A stretch of DNA of 64,000 bases, taken from assembly GCF_006345805.1 (NCBI RefSeq), contig NC_043013.1, forward strand, positions 41,354,001 through 41,418,000, read 5' to 3'. A program made the position numbers and the translations under genes. The notes below the pieces were generated by a model. That model was not told the origin of the DNA. It saw only the letters and a program-made list of their open reading frames with translations, and searched no databases. Below, one piece after another: positions 62,800 through 64,000 of the stretch. The DNA is from Octopus sinensis. Taxonomy: Eukaryota. Every line of letters begins with the position of its first letter. Position 1 is the stretch's first letter.

Positions 62800-64000
62800 C
62801 CACACACGCGCAAACCAAATAATAGCCATGTACTGCTCACGTACTAACCAACTACTAACCAATTACAAATAAACGCGCTCCAGCAACACACTAACCACAT
62901 AGTAACAAAAAACTAAACCAACACTAATCATATAATAACCATACAGTGACCACATATTAAGCGCGAATACACTAGCCACATAGAAAACACATATTAGTCC
63001 CACAAAAAACATGTAAAAACCAGAAAGTAACCATATAGTTGCCACAAACTTTAACGTTAACCACAGTTAATCACGTAGCCACAATATCTACACACTAAAC
63101 CTATATTCATACGTAATTTCGATAGTTACAGTAACCACATATTATCACAAACTAATCACATTATAACTACATATTAACAATACACTCTTTCTATACTAAA
63201 CATGCAATGACCATAGTTAAAGTAACCACAAACTGATCCCATACTAAACACTCAATGACCATAGTTACATTAATCGCGCATATCATTTGTATATTTTATA
63301 TCTTTTACTTGCTAGACTTTTTAAACCTCGACCTTGCCTACGCACTGCTTGAAGGATTTTAGACGAATGAATCAACACCGATAGTTAAATTTTTTAAAAG
63401 CCTGGTACTTATTCAATCGCTCTCTTTGGCCGAACGACTAAGTTACAGGGACGTAAATTTACCAAGACCGGTTGTCAAGTGGGGGGGTGTGGAAAAACAC
63501 AGACACAAATACACACACATACACACACACATATGCTTATATATTACACATACACGACAGGCTCCTTCCTGTTTCCGCCTACCAAATACAATCTGAAAGA
63601 TTTCGTCGGCTCGAGATTGTAGTAAAAGACACCTGCCCTTGTTTTCCACGCAGTGGGACTGAACACGAAACCATTTAGTTAGAAAGCAAACTTTCCAACA
63701 TACCTACGCTCGTGCTTATTATCAAAAGTTATCATATCAACAAAATAGTAAACATACACCAATTCGAAACTAAACATTCATAACTTCATAATATCTAAAA
63801 CTAATCATGTAGTAACCAAAAGTAGCCACACAATAAACCCATATTAAACATTCAATGACCATAATGAGAGTAACCACATATTACGACAAACTAATCACAT
63901 AGTAAGCAAACAGTAACCACGCTCTAATCTCATACTAAACACTCAATGACCATAAATAAAGTAACCATTAATTATCACAAAGTAACCAAACATAATGGCA
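62800..64000. repeat. Degenerate A/C-rich minisatellite (aaccacata / actaaac / gtaacca motifs), interrupted by a family A SINE
   Basis: Recurring (g)taaccaca(t/a), atactaaacactcaatgaccata and actaatcacat motifs at 62800-63290 and 63720-64000. Confidence 0.7.
63290..63715 (-). mobile_element. Family A SINE, diverged
   Basis: Reverse-complement head, body and tail with internal (CA)n. Confidence 0.7.

Noticed and set aside
328-63678. Most ORFs in the six-frame track (YI, CV, HT, YVCM, LSIY, poly-M/I/N/V/L repeats)
   Set aside because: They are translations of di-, tri- and tetranucleotide microsatellites that lack stop codons in some frames; there is no gene structure.

Overview
Repeat-saturated, AT-rich animal genomic DNA. 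The microsatellite load, the tRNA-headed SINE families and the LINE and DNA-transposon mix look like an Octopus (cephalopod) intronic or intergenic region; this is an inference. No host protein-coding gene can be called with confidence. Almost every ORF in the supplied track is a microsatellite artefact. The real coding sequence is transposon-derived: a 5'-truncated R4/Dong-like restriction-endonuclease LINE in an (AAT)n array plus a decayed second copy, RTE and Tx1-like LINE ends, a Tc1 element with DD36E spacing, and two mariner elements. There are also hAT, Tigger-like and foldback MITEs and about 30 SINE copies from three families. The most notable signal is a set of about 10 type I hammerhead-ribozyme motifs with palindromic stem III, of the Penelope/retrozyme type. 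The best of these is a perfect hammerhead (29103-29147, minus strand) inside a non-coding 354-nt unit repeated about 1.5 times between (TA)n tracts, which is retrozyme-like architecture. Other observations are a TSD-flanked 375-bp RTE-derived mini-retroposon, family-level hammerhead core variants, inverted repeats that could be dsRNA/ADAR substrates, and one plausible spliced exon with an ATG (39799-39929). All calls were made by eye; coordinates of decayed repeats are approximate.
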